Shown here: positions 46,949 through 56,036 of the stretch, piece by piece
Layout: every line of letters starts with the position of its first letter
Position numbering within the stretch: position 1 is the first letter of the stretch
Assembly (NCBI GenBank): GCA_903886255.1
Contig: CAISLM010000072.1
Location: 18,648-82,647 of the forward strand
From: Candidatus Collierbacteria bacterium
Lineage (GTDB): Bacteria > Patescibacteriota > Microgenomatia > UBA1400 > MFAQ01
Length of the DNA: 64,000 nt
Direction: 5' to 3'
Notes under the pieces: model-generated
The model's database searches: none
What the model was told of the DNA's origin: nothing
The model's input: the letters and a program-made list of their open reading frames with translations, nothing else
Program-made: the position numbers and the translations under genes

Positions 46949-47266
46949 TCAGCTCAGATCTTTGAGGATTTGCTTAACCATTTTGTTGGCAGCCAAACGT
47001 AAATCTTCTTCGATATCCGGTCCAATGTGTTCCTTGAGATAAGAAATTAATTCTGGGTCGTACGGACGTTCATGTACTTGAGTCAGAAAAGTTTCGTGAT
47101 GCTTAGTATCAAGTTTTTCCAGAATATGATCGATGATTCCTTGATAGATGATGTCATCAATAAGCTGTAGAGCCTTACCTTTTTGGTTTTCCGGTTCCGG
47201 TTTTTGGTTTATTAACTCAATTATTTCTGTCTTAATAACCAAGTGGTCAAAAAATAGTGGTGCCAT
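46949..47266 (-). CDS. Hypothetical protein
   Basis: ORF, 3 bp from the downstream gene. Confidence 0.4.
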   Translation of the reverse strand: MAPLFFDHLVIKTEIIELINQKPEPENQKGKALQLIDDIIYQGIIDHILEKLDTKHHETFLTQVHERPYDPELISYLKEHIGPDIEEDLRLAANKMVKQILKDLS

Positions 47267-47273
47267 AATTTTT

Positions 47274-48143
47274 TTAATAATTAACCGGCCCTAGAGGAAT
47301 TTTATTCTCCGGGTCGTCGACAAATAACATAAGAATGAGGCCTTTTTTGGGTCCCTTATTAAGATCTAAGGCTTGCATGGTTTCCGGTGATCCACCAAAC
47401 TGTTTTCCGGTCCATTCTGCTGGACCTGCATCACCCACATCACAAACGACTGCCTGACCATTGACAGGATTTATGACGAGCATTTTCCTAAAAGCATACC
47501 AATCTTTGAGCTGACGATAATCTTTGTTCCAATTTTCTAAATATAATGTCTGGACAACACAATAGTATTTTTCTTTTAAATAGGTGCTCGTAGAAAAGTC
47601 TTGTTGATCCTTTGCAAAATATCCAAAAGCGCCTATGCCGGGCGCCATTCCAGCTTCTTGCAATTCGTCATGTCCGCTAAGACTATCTCCAGGGAAACGT
47701 TGTAAGTGTTGTTCGAAACCGATGTAACCAACAGTATGATTAAGTGAGTTACCATCCAGGACTGCTTTTACGGGAATATTTGTATTTTCAGAAATAAGAC
47801 TTTCTATTTTCGACGCTTGATCGTCTGAAAGTTTGGCGGGTTGATGAGGAATCAACTCTTGAAGGTTCCCAAGTATTTTTTGTCGACTGGAAAGAACTGA
47901 TTGTGCAGGCTGAGAGACTTCGGTCGGTACTGAAGCAATCTGAGTCATGGGCATAACTAAGAGACTCCCGATTAATCCAGCGCCGGCAAGCAAACGGCCC
48001 GATTTCTGACGAAGGTCATATGCCAGTAAAGTAGTTTTTTTGAAAAACTGTTTAGCTGCGGGGTATCTGCGAATTTTTTTACGCAGTGAGTTTGATCTTC
48101 TTTCCAGTTTTGCGATTGAATTCTGAAGATTGTTTTCCGGCAT
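47274..48143 (-). CDS. RlpA-like double-psi beta-barrel (DPBB) domain protein, exported
   Basis: The C-terminal KMLVINPVNGQAVVCDVGDAGPAEWTGKQFGGSPETMQAL resembles the RlpA DPBB core (V.N..NG.SVvVRVNDRGP...R.iDLS..A). N-terminal TM anchor. Confidence 0.45.
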   Translation of the reverse strand: MPENNLQNSIAKLERRSNSLRKKIRRYPAAKQFFKKTTLLAYDLRQKSGRLLAGAGLIGSLLVMPMTQIASVPTEVSQPAQSVLSSRQKILGNLQELIPHQPAKLSDDQASKIESLISENTNIPVKAVLDGNSLNHTVGYIGFEQHLQRFPGDSLSGHDELQEAGMAPGIGAFGYFAKDQQDFSTSTYLKEKYYCVVQTLYLENWNKDYRQLKDWYAFRKMLVINPVNGQAVVCDVGDAGPAEWTGKQFGGSPETMQALDLNKGPKKGLILMLFVDDPENKIPLGPVNY

Positions 48144-48146
48144 AGT

Positions 48147-49574
48147 TTAGTCAAAAACAGAACTTATTCGTTTTAGGGTTTCCTCTTTCCCTAAAATTAC
48201 AAAGCAGTCGAATAAGGGCGGGGTGACCGGACGACCAGATATGGCAACGCGTAGAGACATAAAAGCTTCTTTTGGAGAAAACCCAGAATCTTTTTGGGTG
48301 GCAGCGAATTCTTCGTGAAGTTTTTCAGCCGTGTATTCATGGGAATTATTGATAACAGAAATAGCCGAATCAAACCATTTTTTTGTTTCTTCTTCAGTGT
48401 GGGCAGATTGTTCAAGAACCATTTGTTTTTCAATATTAGGTGTTGAGAAAAAGTATTCGGCAGCGGGGGAAAAATCTTTGAGAGTAAACATTCTCTCTTT
48501 GACTATGTTGATGATAGACAAAAGTTTGTCTTTTTCCAGCAGCCAGTTTTCCGGAATAAATCTCTTTAATCTATTAAAGAGATCTTCAGAGTCTAGTTTT
48601 TTAATCCACTGGGAATTCAAATAATTTAATTTTTGAATATCAAAAATTGCATTTTGTCTTTGAATTTTTTTCTCGTCAAATACTTGGATCATTTCATCAA
48701 GAGTAAGAAGATCGGAGTTGTCTTTGTATGAAAAGCCTAAATAAAAGAGAAAATTATCTATTGCTTCCGGTAAGTATCCATCATCAGCATATTCAAGGAC
48801 TGATTTAGCACCATGGCGTTTTGAAAGCTTGCTTTTATCGGGCCCGAGTAACAATGGAACGTGGGCCAGTATTGGTGGCTCCCACCCTAAGGATTCATAT
48901 AGAAACAAATGAATTGGAGTAGACATCATCCACTCAACGCCACGCAGGACGTGGCTTATTTTCATTAGGTGGTCATCAACAACAACGGCGAGGTGATAGG
49001 TGGGAATTCCATTGGTTTTCATCAGCACCTTATCATCACATTCTGCATTGGGTAGGCTAAGCTTCCCCTGGACAAGATCGTGCCAGGTTGTAAAACCTGT
49101 TTCAGGGAGTTTGGCGCGAATAACAAATGGCGCACCGGAATCCATATTTTGTCTTATTTCTTCGGTGGAAAGGTGGCGACAATGACGATCGTATTTGGCA
49201 TATTGATCTTTTTCGTGAAGTTGTTTTAATCTTTCTTCAGAACAGAAACAGTAATAGGCAGCCCCTATATTAACCAGCTCCTCCGCATATTCTTTATATA
49301 GATTAAGCCGTTCCGTTTGAACGTATGGCCCAAAAGGGCCTCCGACGATGGGATCCTCGTCAGGTTTCATCATCAAGAATTCCTGAATCCGATAAATTTT
49401 TTCGACGGCTTCAGGGACTAACCGGTCTTGATCTGTATCTTCGATGCGTAAAATAAACTCGCCTTGGTATTTTTTGGCAAGTAAATAATCATAGAGGGCC
49501 GTTCTAGTATTTCCAATATGAGGAACTCCAGTGGGTGATGGGGCAATTCTGGTTCTCACGTGCGTATCGGACAT
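48147..49574 (-). CDS. gltX: Glutamate--tRNA ligase
   Basis: HIGH motif (PSPTGVPHIGNTRTA), KMSKS motif (KLSKRHG), and a class I GluRS catalytic core. Confidence 0.9.
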   Translation of the reverse strand: MSDTHVRTRIAPSPTGVPHIGNTRTALYDYLLAKKYQGEFILRIEDTDQDRLVPEAVEKIYRIQEFLMMKPDEDPIVGGPFGPYVQTERLNLYKEYAEELVNIGAAYYCFCSEERLKQLHEKDQYAKYDRHCRHLSTEEIRQNMDSGAPFVIRAKLPETGFTTWHDLVQGKLSLPNAECDDKVLMKTNGIPTYHLAVVVDDHLMKISHVLRGVEWMMSTPIHLFLYESLGWEPPILAHVPLLLGPDKSKLSKRHGAKSVLEYADDGYLPEAIDNFLFYLGFSYKDNSDLLTLDEMIQVFDEKKIQRQNAIFDIQKLNYLNSQWIKKLDSEDLFNRLKRFIPENWLLEKDKLLSIINIVKERMFTLKDFSPAAEYFFSTPNIEKQMVLEQSAHTEEETKKWFDSAISVINNSHEYTAEKLHEEFAATQKDSGFSPKEAFMSLRVAISGRPVTPPLFDCFVILGKEETLKRISSVFD

Positions 49575-49599
49575 AGTGATAGTATACTTTATTTAGCTT

Positions 49600-50682
49600 A
49601 TGGCGACATTAACGGAGGCATCGGTTACAGCACGAAAAGTAATCAAGTTTGGTTTAATTGGTTTTGTAGGAATCACTATCCTTTGGTATTTAGGATCAGC
49701 TGCTATCAAATTGTATATATCGCTCAATCCCCCTCCGCTCCCGGCACCAACAATGGATTTTGGTTTACTGCCTAAAATTACTTTTCCGGAAAGCACAAAT
49801 AGACCACAATTGAGTCTAGAGCTGCCAACCGGAAATATTCCTACGTTTGTGGATAGAATGAGGATTTATTCACAGCCGATTAAAAAAAGTTCATTTACCG
49901 ATTCGGCAAATGCAATCGAAATAGCAGCGGCACTAGGATTTCTTTTTAAGCCTGATCAAAAAACAGATGCAAATTATGTTTGGACGAATCAGGATCAATT
50001 GAATTCTAAGCTGGATATGAACATTGTGAATACCCACTTCACTTTAACAAGACAGTGGCAAAATAATCCTGCCCTTGCGGCCATGGCAGCATTTTCATCC
50101 GACAAAGCGGTAATTTTGGATACGGAAAATTATTTGTCTAAGGTAGGGCTATTGAATCCGGACGTGGTTGGCGTGGAAAAGATTTCTTATTTAAAAGATG
50201 ATGCGGGTAAACTCACTAACGCTTTGTCTTTATCAGACGCCGACTTTGTTCAGCTAGACCTATTTAGAAAAAATATTGACGAGATTGATCCAAACAGTAA
50301 GACTAAAGAAGTGTTGGCCAGTTATCCATTTTATAGAAGTAACCCAAATATGGGTCTAATTCGAGTGGTTGTCTCCGGATCAGAAAGTTTGAGTGATAAG
50401 GTTATTCAATTAAACTATGGATATAACAATATCGACTACACAAAAAGCGGAATATATCCAATTAAGACAGGCGCTGATGCTTGGAGTGAGCTAGAAAAAG
50501 GTGGGGGTTATGTATTTCCCGGAGATTCAACTACTACACAAGTAAAAATAAGAAGAATATTTTTGGGTTACTATGATGCTGACATTAGCACCGGATATGC
50601 AATGCCAATTTATATTTTCCTGGGAGACCAAGGATTTACAGCTTACGTTTCTGCGGTTGTAAACCAAGATATTGCAAAATAA
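49600..50682 (+). CDS. Hypothetical membrane-anchored protein
   Basis: N-terminal TM (VIKFGLIGFVGITILWYLGSAAI) and a large exported domain. Confidence 0.45.
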   Translation: MATLTEASVTARKVIKFGLIGFVGITILWYLGSAAIKLYISLNPPPLPAPTMDFGLLPKITFPESTNRPQLSLELPTGNIPTFVDRMRIYSQPIKKSSFTDSANAIEIAAALGFLFKPDQKTDANYVWTNQDQLNSKLDMNIVNTHFTLTRQWQNNPALAAMAAFSSDKAVILDTENYLSKVGLLNPDVVGVEKISYLKDDAGKLTNALSLSDADFVQLDLFRKNIDEIDPNSKTKEVLASYPFYRSNPNMGLIRVVVSGSESLSDKVIQLNYGYNNIDYTKSGIYPIKTGADAWSELEKGGGYVFPGDSTTTQVKIRRIFLGYYDADISTGYAMPIYIFLGDQGFTAYVSAVVNQDIAK

Positions 50683-50691
50683 AACTTAGGT

Positions 50692-51606
50692 TTATTCCCA
50701 AGAAAAGTTAGCAAAAATCCAATTGATTAAGGACTGGCCTTCGCCAAAACGATCCTTGCTGTTTAATAGGCTTATCAATACGGAATGTTTGTCTTTTTCA
50801 ACCAAGATAACTAAACACTCTCCGGCTTCCGGGGTCCAGCCCGTTTTGACTCCAAACACGCCAGGTTCGCCTAGGAGAATATTGGTTGATTCAAGAGGAT
50901 ACTCATTTCCTTTCAGACTTTTTAGGGTTATTTTTTGAGTAGATACAATCGAAGCGAATTCTGGACGATTGAGGGCGGCTTTTGCCAACATGGCGATATC
51001 ATAAGCGCTAGTGTAATGGTCCGGGCTTTCTACACCGGATACGTTTACAAAATGAGTATTTTGAAGACCCATTTCTACAGCCTTTGCGTTCATTTTGGCA
51101 ACAAATGCCTGGTATCCACCGGGGTAATTTTCTGCAAGGGTTACGGCCGCATCATTTCCTGAAGGAACAAGAAGGCCATACAACACGTCGTTTGCTATCA
51201 GTTGATCACCCTTTTTAAGATTAATCGAGCTTCCTTCGGCGTTTTGTCCGTTTATCACGGACAATACGGAATCTTGGTCGAAGTAGTCCATGGCAACAAG
51301 AGCAGTGGCGATTTTGGTTAGGGATGCCGGTTTTAATCTAGTGTTGGCGTTTTTTTCGTAGAGAACAATTCCCGTATCAAGATCGGTTATAAAAATTCCT
51401 GTTGCGGTTAGGTCAGGAACAGAAATATTTTTGGAAACAGGCATAGCCGGCTCGCTGACAAAGGCTGCTTTAACGGCTGGTTTTTTTAGCGATGAAGGTG
51501 TTTCAATGACAGGGAAAAAAATGAAAAATAAAGATAAGCAAAATAATGATGCTATTTCAATAGGCAAACGAAAATTGTATTTTTTTGATTTATTTGACTT
51601 TTTCAT
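50692..51606 (-). CDS. D-alanyl-D-alanine carboxypeptidase (serine peptidase S11, PBP5/6-like)
   Basis: SxxK (ASLTKIATAL), SGND (VPSGNDAAV) and KTG (VKTGWT). The ORF track extends to 51741, but that would overlap the relA/spoT-type gene. The Met at 51606 (MKKSNKSKK + TM) gives a signal-anchor N-terminus. Confidence 0.75.
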   Translation of the reverse strand: MKKSNKSKKYNFRLPIEIASLFCLSLFFIFFPVIETPSSLKKPAVKAAFVSEPAMPVSKNISVPDLTATGIFITDLDTGIVLYEKNANTRLKPASLTKIATALVAMDYFDQDSVLSVINGQNAEGSSINLKKGDQLIANDVLYGLLVPSGNDAAVTLAENYPGGYQAFVAKMNAKAVEMGLQNTHFVNVSGVESPDHYTSAYDIAMLAKAALNRPEFASIVSTQKITLKSLKGNEYPLESTNILLGEPGVFGVKTGWTPEAGECLVILVEKDKHSVLISLLNSKDRFGEGQSLINWIFANFSWE

Positions 51607-51625
51607 CGAACTCATCCATTTTATA

Positions 51626-53116
51626 CTAGACTTGATCAGAGATGACTTTTCGAATTTTTCCCTTTGCAACTTGAGTTTTAACAAAGCGAAGCCAATTTTT
51701 GTTTGGTTTCTTAATAGTTTTTGACTTTTGAACCTCAACAATATCTCCGCTTTTTAACTCGTGGTCTAGAGGGGCGATACGGCCATTAACTTTTACCGTC
51801 TGAATATAATAACCTAAATCGGAATGAACTCTAAAGGCATAATCTACCGGGGTGGAGTTTTCCGGAAGATCATAAACATCTCCATTGGGAGAGAATACAT
51901 AGATGTGTTTCGATAGAGCGTCAAGCTTGTAGTCTTCGATATCATCACTGGCCGTGCTTACTTGATTTTGCCATCCGGCCAATTGTTTTACCCAGGACAT
52001 TTTATCGGTAATTTTGAAAGCCGTGCCCTCCTGTAATTTTTTGTCAGAGGCCCCATGACTTTTGGCGTCGGCATAGGCAAAGTGGGCGGCCGCACCAAAT
52101 TCTGCATTTAGATGCATTTCCTCAGAACGAATTTGAATTTCAACTATATTCCCCATGTTGTCAAAAATCTTGGTATGAATTGATTGATATCCATTAGGTT
52201 TCGGCTGGGCGATAAAGTCCGAAATACCAATGTTAGGAACCGGCTTCCAATATTGATGCACAACTCCAAGAGCAGAATAACAGCTCGAGGTGTCTTCCGT
52301 GATAACTCTGACGGCCATCAAATCATAAATTTTGGTAATGTCGCGATTGTTCTCAGGGCGAAGTAACTTTTTGTATAAACTATATTTTCGTTTTGGTCGG
52401 CCTTCTACTTTTGCATTTACACCATGCTTGACTAATTGCTGACGGAGCTTATTCATAATTCCGGAAACATTTTTTTCGGAATATTTAAAATGCGGTTTGG
52501 CAATCTCTTGAAGCCATGTATATTCTTCCGGATAAATATAGGGAAAGGAAAGATCCTCTAACTCACCCTTTAGCCGGCCCATTCCCAAGCGTTCTGCAAG
52601 GGGAGCATAAACCTCAAGAGTTTCGATGGCAATCCGTTTTTGCTTGGCAATTGGTACGGCATCGAGTGTAGAAATATTATGTAATCTATCAGCAAGGCGA
52701 ATCAGAACAACTCTAATGTCTTGGGCCATAGCTACAAACATTTTTCTTAGATTTTCCAGGAATTCGACGTCTTGGCTACCTCTTAATTTGACCTTTCCAA
52801 CACGATTAACCCCTTCAACGAGGCCAGAGACTTCTTCACCAAAAGTTGACGAAATTTCCTCAATCGGAACATTTGCCATCTCCGGCAAGTCATGGAGGAG
52901 AGCTGCTTCAAGACTGGGCTGGTCGAGACCCCAGCCAGCGAGGATTGAAGCGACTGATAAAGGGTGGCAAATATAGTTTTCTCCGGTTTGACGAACCTGG
53001 CCGTTGTGTTTTTTCTTCGCAAAAAGATAGACCTTTTTCAATCTGTTTTCGTCAAGCCCGGGTCTTTTAGCTTTAGCTTGCGCCAGAAAATCCTGGTAGC
53101 TTATTTCCATAGGCAT
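51626..53116 (-). CDS. Bifunctional (p)ppGpp synthetase/hydrolase, RelA/SpoT homologue (HD, synthetase and TGS domains; short form)
   Basis: HD domain (HPLSVASILA...LLHDLPE), synthetase motifs (DLMAVRVI, GRPKRKYSLYKK, YQSIHT) and a TGS region (VFSPNGDVYDLPENSTPVDYAF). Confidence 0.85.
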   Translation of the reverse strand: MPMEISYQDFLAQAKAKRPGLDENRLKKVYLFAKKKHNGQVRQTGENYICHPLSVASILAGWGLDQPSLEAALLHDLPEMANVPIEEISSTFGEEVSGLVEGVNRVGKVKLRGSQDVEFLENLRKMFVAMAQDIRVVLIRLADRLHNISTLDAVPIAKQKRIAIETLEVYAPLAERLGMGRLKGELEDLSFPYIYPEEYTWLQEIAKPHFKYSEKNVSGIMNKLRQQLVKHGVNAKVEGRPKRKYSLYKKLLRPENNRDITKIYDLMAVRVITEDTSSCYSALGVVHQYWKPVPNIGISDFIAQPKPNGYQSIHTKIFDNMGNIVEIQIRSEEMHLNAEFGAAAHFAYADAKSHGASDKKLQEGTAFKITDKMSWVKQLAGWQNQVSTASDDIEDYKLDALSKHIYVFSPNGDVYDLPENSTPVDYAFRVHSDLGYYIQTVKVNGRIAPLDHELKSGDIVEVQKSKTIKKPNKNWLRFVKTQVAKGKIRKVISDQV

Positions 53117-53149
53117 ATTTTACATTGTTCACCATGATAAGATTGGTCG

Positions 53150-54622
53150 GTGTATAGACGTTTTTTATTACCGGATGAAATTTCACTAATCCCCGGGGAA
53201 CTAAAACAAGTAATAAGTGATTATAACGCTAGTGGTTTTGAGATCTACCTAGTGGGTGGAGGGGTTAGAAATATCCTGATGGATAAAATCCCGGAAAATT
53301 GTGATTTGACCACAAATGCGACGCCTGAACAAAGTTTGAAAGTTTTAGAAAAATATGATCCGTTTTACAATAATGATTTTGGGACTGTATCTTACGAAGT
53401 AGAAGTCGGTGGAAAAAAAGAGCTGTACGAGATCACAACTTACAGGTCTGAGAAAGAATATTCCGATTATAGGCGACCTGACAATGTAAGCTGGGGTAAA
53501 ACTCTTGAGGAGGACGTAACAAGACGAGATTTCACAGTAAACGCCATGGTGATTGGGCAGACAGACGATAAATTTGAACTTATTGACTTGGTGGGAGGAT
53601 TAGAAGATTTTGAGAAGGGATTGATTAAGGCCGTAGGAGACCCGGAGAGACGTTTTGGAGAGGACGCGTTGAGAATGATGAGAGCAATCAGATTTGCATC
53701 AAGACTGGGGTTTGCTATAGAAAAAGATACTTTGACCGCAATTACAGAAAAGGCTCCCCTACTTAGCAAAATTAGTAAAGAAAGAGTCCGCGATGAGCTA
53801 TTAAAGATAATCGGCTCGAATTATCCGACAGATGGAGTTCAACTTTTAATTTCCACCGGGTTAATGGAGCAAATAATGCCCGAGGTGTTGGAAGCTCGCG
53901 GAGTAATGCAGGGAGGCCACCATACACTAACTGTCTTAGATCATATGATTGAGGCACTTCGAAATTGTTCGTCTCCTGACCCAATCGTACGTTTTGCAAC
54001 ATTCATTCACGATATCGGAAAACCAAGGAGTCAGCGATATAAATGCAGGAAATGCGGAAGAATGTTTAGAGATTTGGATGAAGATGTGACGACTTGTGCC
54101 AATTGCGGTTTTCAACAACCGACAAGAGGAATGATTACTTTTTATGGTCATGAAGTGATTGGTGCCAGAATGGCAAAAGAGATTTGTGAGAGATTAAGAT
54201 TTACCAATAAGCAAACTGAAAAAGTCGTAACTTTGGTGAGGATGCACATGTTTGCCTATCAGCCGGAAATGACTGATGCCGCTATACGGAGAATCATAAG
54301 AAAAGTGGGGAAAGAAAATATTGCCGATATGGTACTGCTTAGAATTGCGGACCGAAAAGGAAGTGGCAGCAAAACTACCAGCTGGAGATTTATGGAACTA
54401 CAGAAAAGGATTGGCGAGCAGTTATTTGAACCAATGGAAATAAATGATATGGTAATAGACGGCCGTGATGTTATGGAAGTATTGAAAGTGTCGCCAGGAC
54501 CAATCATCGGTAAGGTGTTGAAAGAATTATTTGATGAAGTATTGGAAGATACCAGTAAAAATAACCGAGAATATCTACTTTCACGAATTAAAGAACTGGC
54601 AGAAAAAAGCCCTGTTAATTAA
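53150..54622 (+). CDS. cca: CCA-adding tRNA nucleotidyltransferase (class II, PolyA_pol head plus HD domain) with an inserted zinc ribbon
   Basis: Head-domain motif IYLVGGGVRNILM; HD domain (FIHDIGKP...HEVIGARMA). A CxxC...CxxC insertion (YKCRKCGRMF...CANCGF) lies inside the HD region. Confidence 0.8.
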   Translation: MYRRFLLPDEISLIPGELKQVISDYNASGFEIYLVGGGVRNILMDKIPENCDLTTNATPEQSLKVLEKYDPFYNNDFGTVSYEVEVGGKKELYEITTYRSEKEYSDYRRPDNVSWGKTLEEDVTRRDFTVNAMVIGQTDDKFELIDLVGGLEDFEKGLIKAVGDPERRFGEDALRMMRAIRFASRLGFAIEKDTLTAITEKAPLLSKISKERVRDELLKIIGSNYPTDGVQLLISTGLMEQIMPEVLEARGVMQGGHHTLTVLDHMIEALRNCSSPDPIVRFATFIHDIGKPRSQRYKCRKCGRMFRDLDEDVTTCANCGFQQPTRGMITFYGHEVIGARMAKEICERLRFTNKQTEKVVTLVRMHMFAYQPEMTDAAIRRIIRKVGKENIADMVLLRIADRKGSGSKTTSWRFMELQKRIGEQLFEPMEINDMVIDGRDVMEVLKVSPGPIIGKVLKELFDEVLEDTSKNNREYLLSRIKELAEKSPVN

Positions 54623-54629
54623 CAGGGCT
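54601..54629. terminator. Terminator hairpin between convergent genes
   Basis: AGCCCTGTTAA/TTAACAGGGCT is a perfect palindromic stem overlapping the cca stop. It is flanked by GAAAAAA on the plus side, which gives TTTTTT on the minus strand after the zinc-ribbon gene. Confidence 0.6.
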
Positions 54630-54636
54630 GGGTATT

Positions 54637-54990
54637 TCAAAAGTCTGATCCGCCAAAGGATGGGGTAATATATGTGCCGACGAGTTTGATACCACAATGG
54701 GGGCAGCGATCAGGATGTCCCTGCAGAATTCCAACACAATTTCCACAGCTATTGAAACCAAAATCACCTCCGTCTGTGACAGTAATATCAACTGTCGCAG
54801 TTTTTTCCGTTTCTGAGCTAATTGTTCCTTCGAGTTTGACGCCACAAAAGGGACAGATTTTATCAAGAATTGTTATTTCCGCCAAACAATTTTCACAGGT
54901 TTCATATGCAAAACCATTTTTCCAAGGGTGAATTACAATGCGTGCGGTTTTGTTCGGATCTTTCGGTGCCGTTGTGAGATCATCAGACAT
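54637..54990 (-). CDS. Double zinc-ribbon protein
   Basis: Two CxxC...CxxC units (CENCL...CPFCGVKL and CGNCVG...CPHCGIKL). Confidence 0.5.
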   Translation of the reverse strand: MSDDLTTAPKDPNKTARIVIHPWKNGFAYETCENCLAEITILDKICPFCGVKLEGTISSETEKTATVDITVTDGGDFGFNSCGNCVGILQGHPDRCPHCGIKLVGTYITPSFGGSDF

Positions 54991-55060
54991 TAAGTATCTC
55001 CTTCGAAATGAAATGTGCCAACTTGTTTTTGAATTGTAGCAGAAATATTATCTGGATTGC

Positions 55061-55109
55061 CACAGCACTTCGTGCTTCGCAATGACGAATGTGGAATTAT
55101 TGTAATTCC
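55061..55109 (+). repeat. Structured short repeat, family A, copy 2
   Basis: TCTGGATTGCCACAGCACTTCGTGCTTCGCAATGACGAATGTGGAATTA. The inner stem changes from GGCAC/GTGCC to AGCAC/GTGCT, which is a compensatory pair of changes relative to copy 1. Confidence 0.6.
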
Positions 55110-55178
55110 AAGTCAAGCCCGGAATGAGATAAATGAGGATGCTTTGATTCGAGTAAGAATCTCAAGATAACGGAATAC

Positions 55179-56036
55179 TTATTTTTTCTTGCCTATGTAT
55201 TTGTTCCAGAGAACCAAAAGAGGTGTAGCTGTAAAAGTGGATGAATATGTTCCTGTGATTGTACCAATGAGAAGAGCAAGAGCAAAATATTTGGTGGTTT
55301 CTCCGCCCATGAGGAACATGGCCAAAAGCATGAATATAACGGCCAAGGAGTTGTTTAGGGATCTAGCCATGGTTTCCGTAACAGCGCGATTGGCGAGTGA
55401 TTCAAAATCTATATTTTTAGTTTTATGCGAAAGTTCACGAATTCTATCAAAGACGACGATTGTATCGTGGACAGAATAAGAAAGCATTGTCAAGACTGCA
55501 GTAACAAATAACAGATCAACTTCTACTCCTGCAAAATGCCCCAAAAGAGAAAATGAGCCAAGGACTACAAGGGTATCATGAAGAGCGGCAACCACGGCGC
55601 AGACTCCGAACTTTAACTGCTTAAAGGCGTAACTAATGTATAGGATTAAGGCAGCACTAACTAACATAAGAGCATTGAGTGTTTTTCTAATAGTTTCGGC
55701 ACCAAGTGCTGGCCCAATTGTCTCGAAATCAGTTGTAGTTATTTTTGGATTAGCTTTTTTTAAGTCTCCAATGATCTTGGTAACTTCTTCTTGGGTGATC
55801 GCCTTCATTTTTAAAGTAAGAGTGTCTTTACTACTGTCGGAAATAATGGGTGAGTAATCTCTGAACGATCCGGCGATCGATTTTGGATCCTGGGTTAATT
55901 GGGTAACTGTGAGCTGTGAACCGCCAGTAAATTCAATAGATAAACGCAAACCCCATCTAACTAGAGAAAAAATTCCCGGAACAATAACCAAGGCCGAAAG
56001 TAAAAAGTAGAGAGACATGTGCTTCATCCAGTTCAT
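55179..56036 (-). CDS. secF: Protein translocase subunit SecF
   Basis: SecF topology and conserved region (LHDTLVVLGSFSLLG...EVDLLFVTAVLTMLSYSVHDTIVVFDRIRE). Overlaps secD by 4 bp. Confidence 0.85.
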   Translation of the reverse strand: MNWMKHMSLYFLLSALVIVPGIFSLVRWGLRLSIEFTGGSQLTVTQLTQDPKSIAGSFRDYSPIISDSSKDTLTLKMKAITQEEVTKIIGDLKKANPKITTTDFETIGPALGAETIRKTLNALMLVSAALILYISYAFKQLKFGVCAVVAALHDTLVVLGSFSLLGHFAGVEVDLLFVTAVLTMLSYSVHDTIVVFDRIRELSHKTKNIDFESLANRAVTETMARSLNNSLAVIFMLLAMFLMGGETTKYFALALLIGTITGTYSSTFTATPLLVLWNKYIGKKK

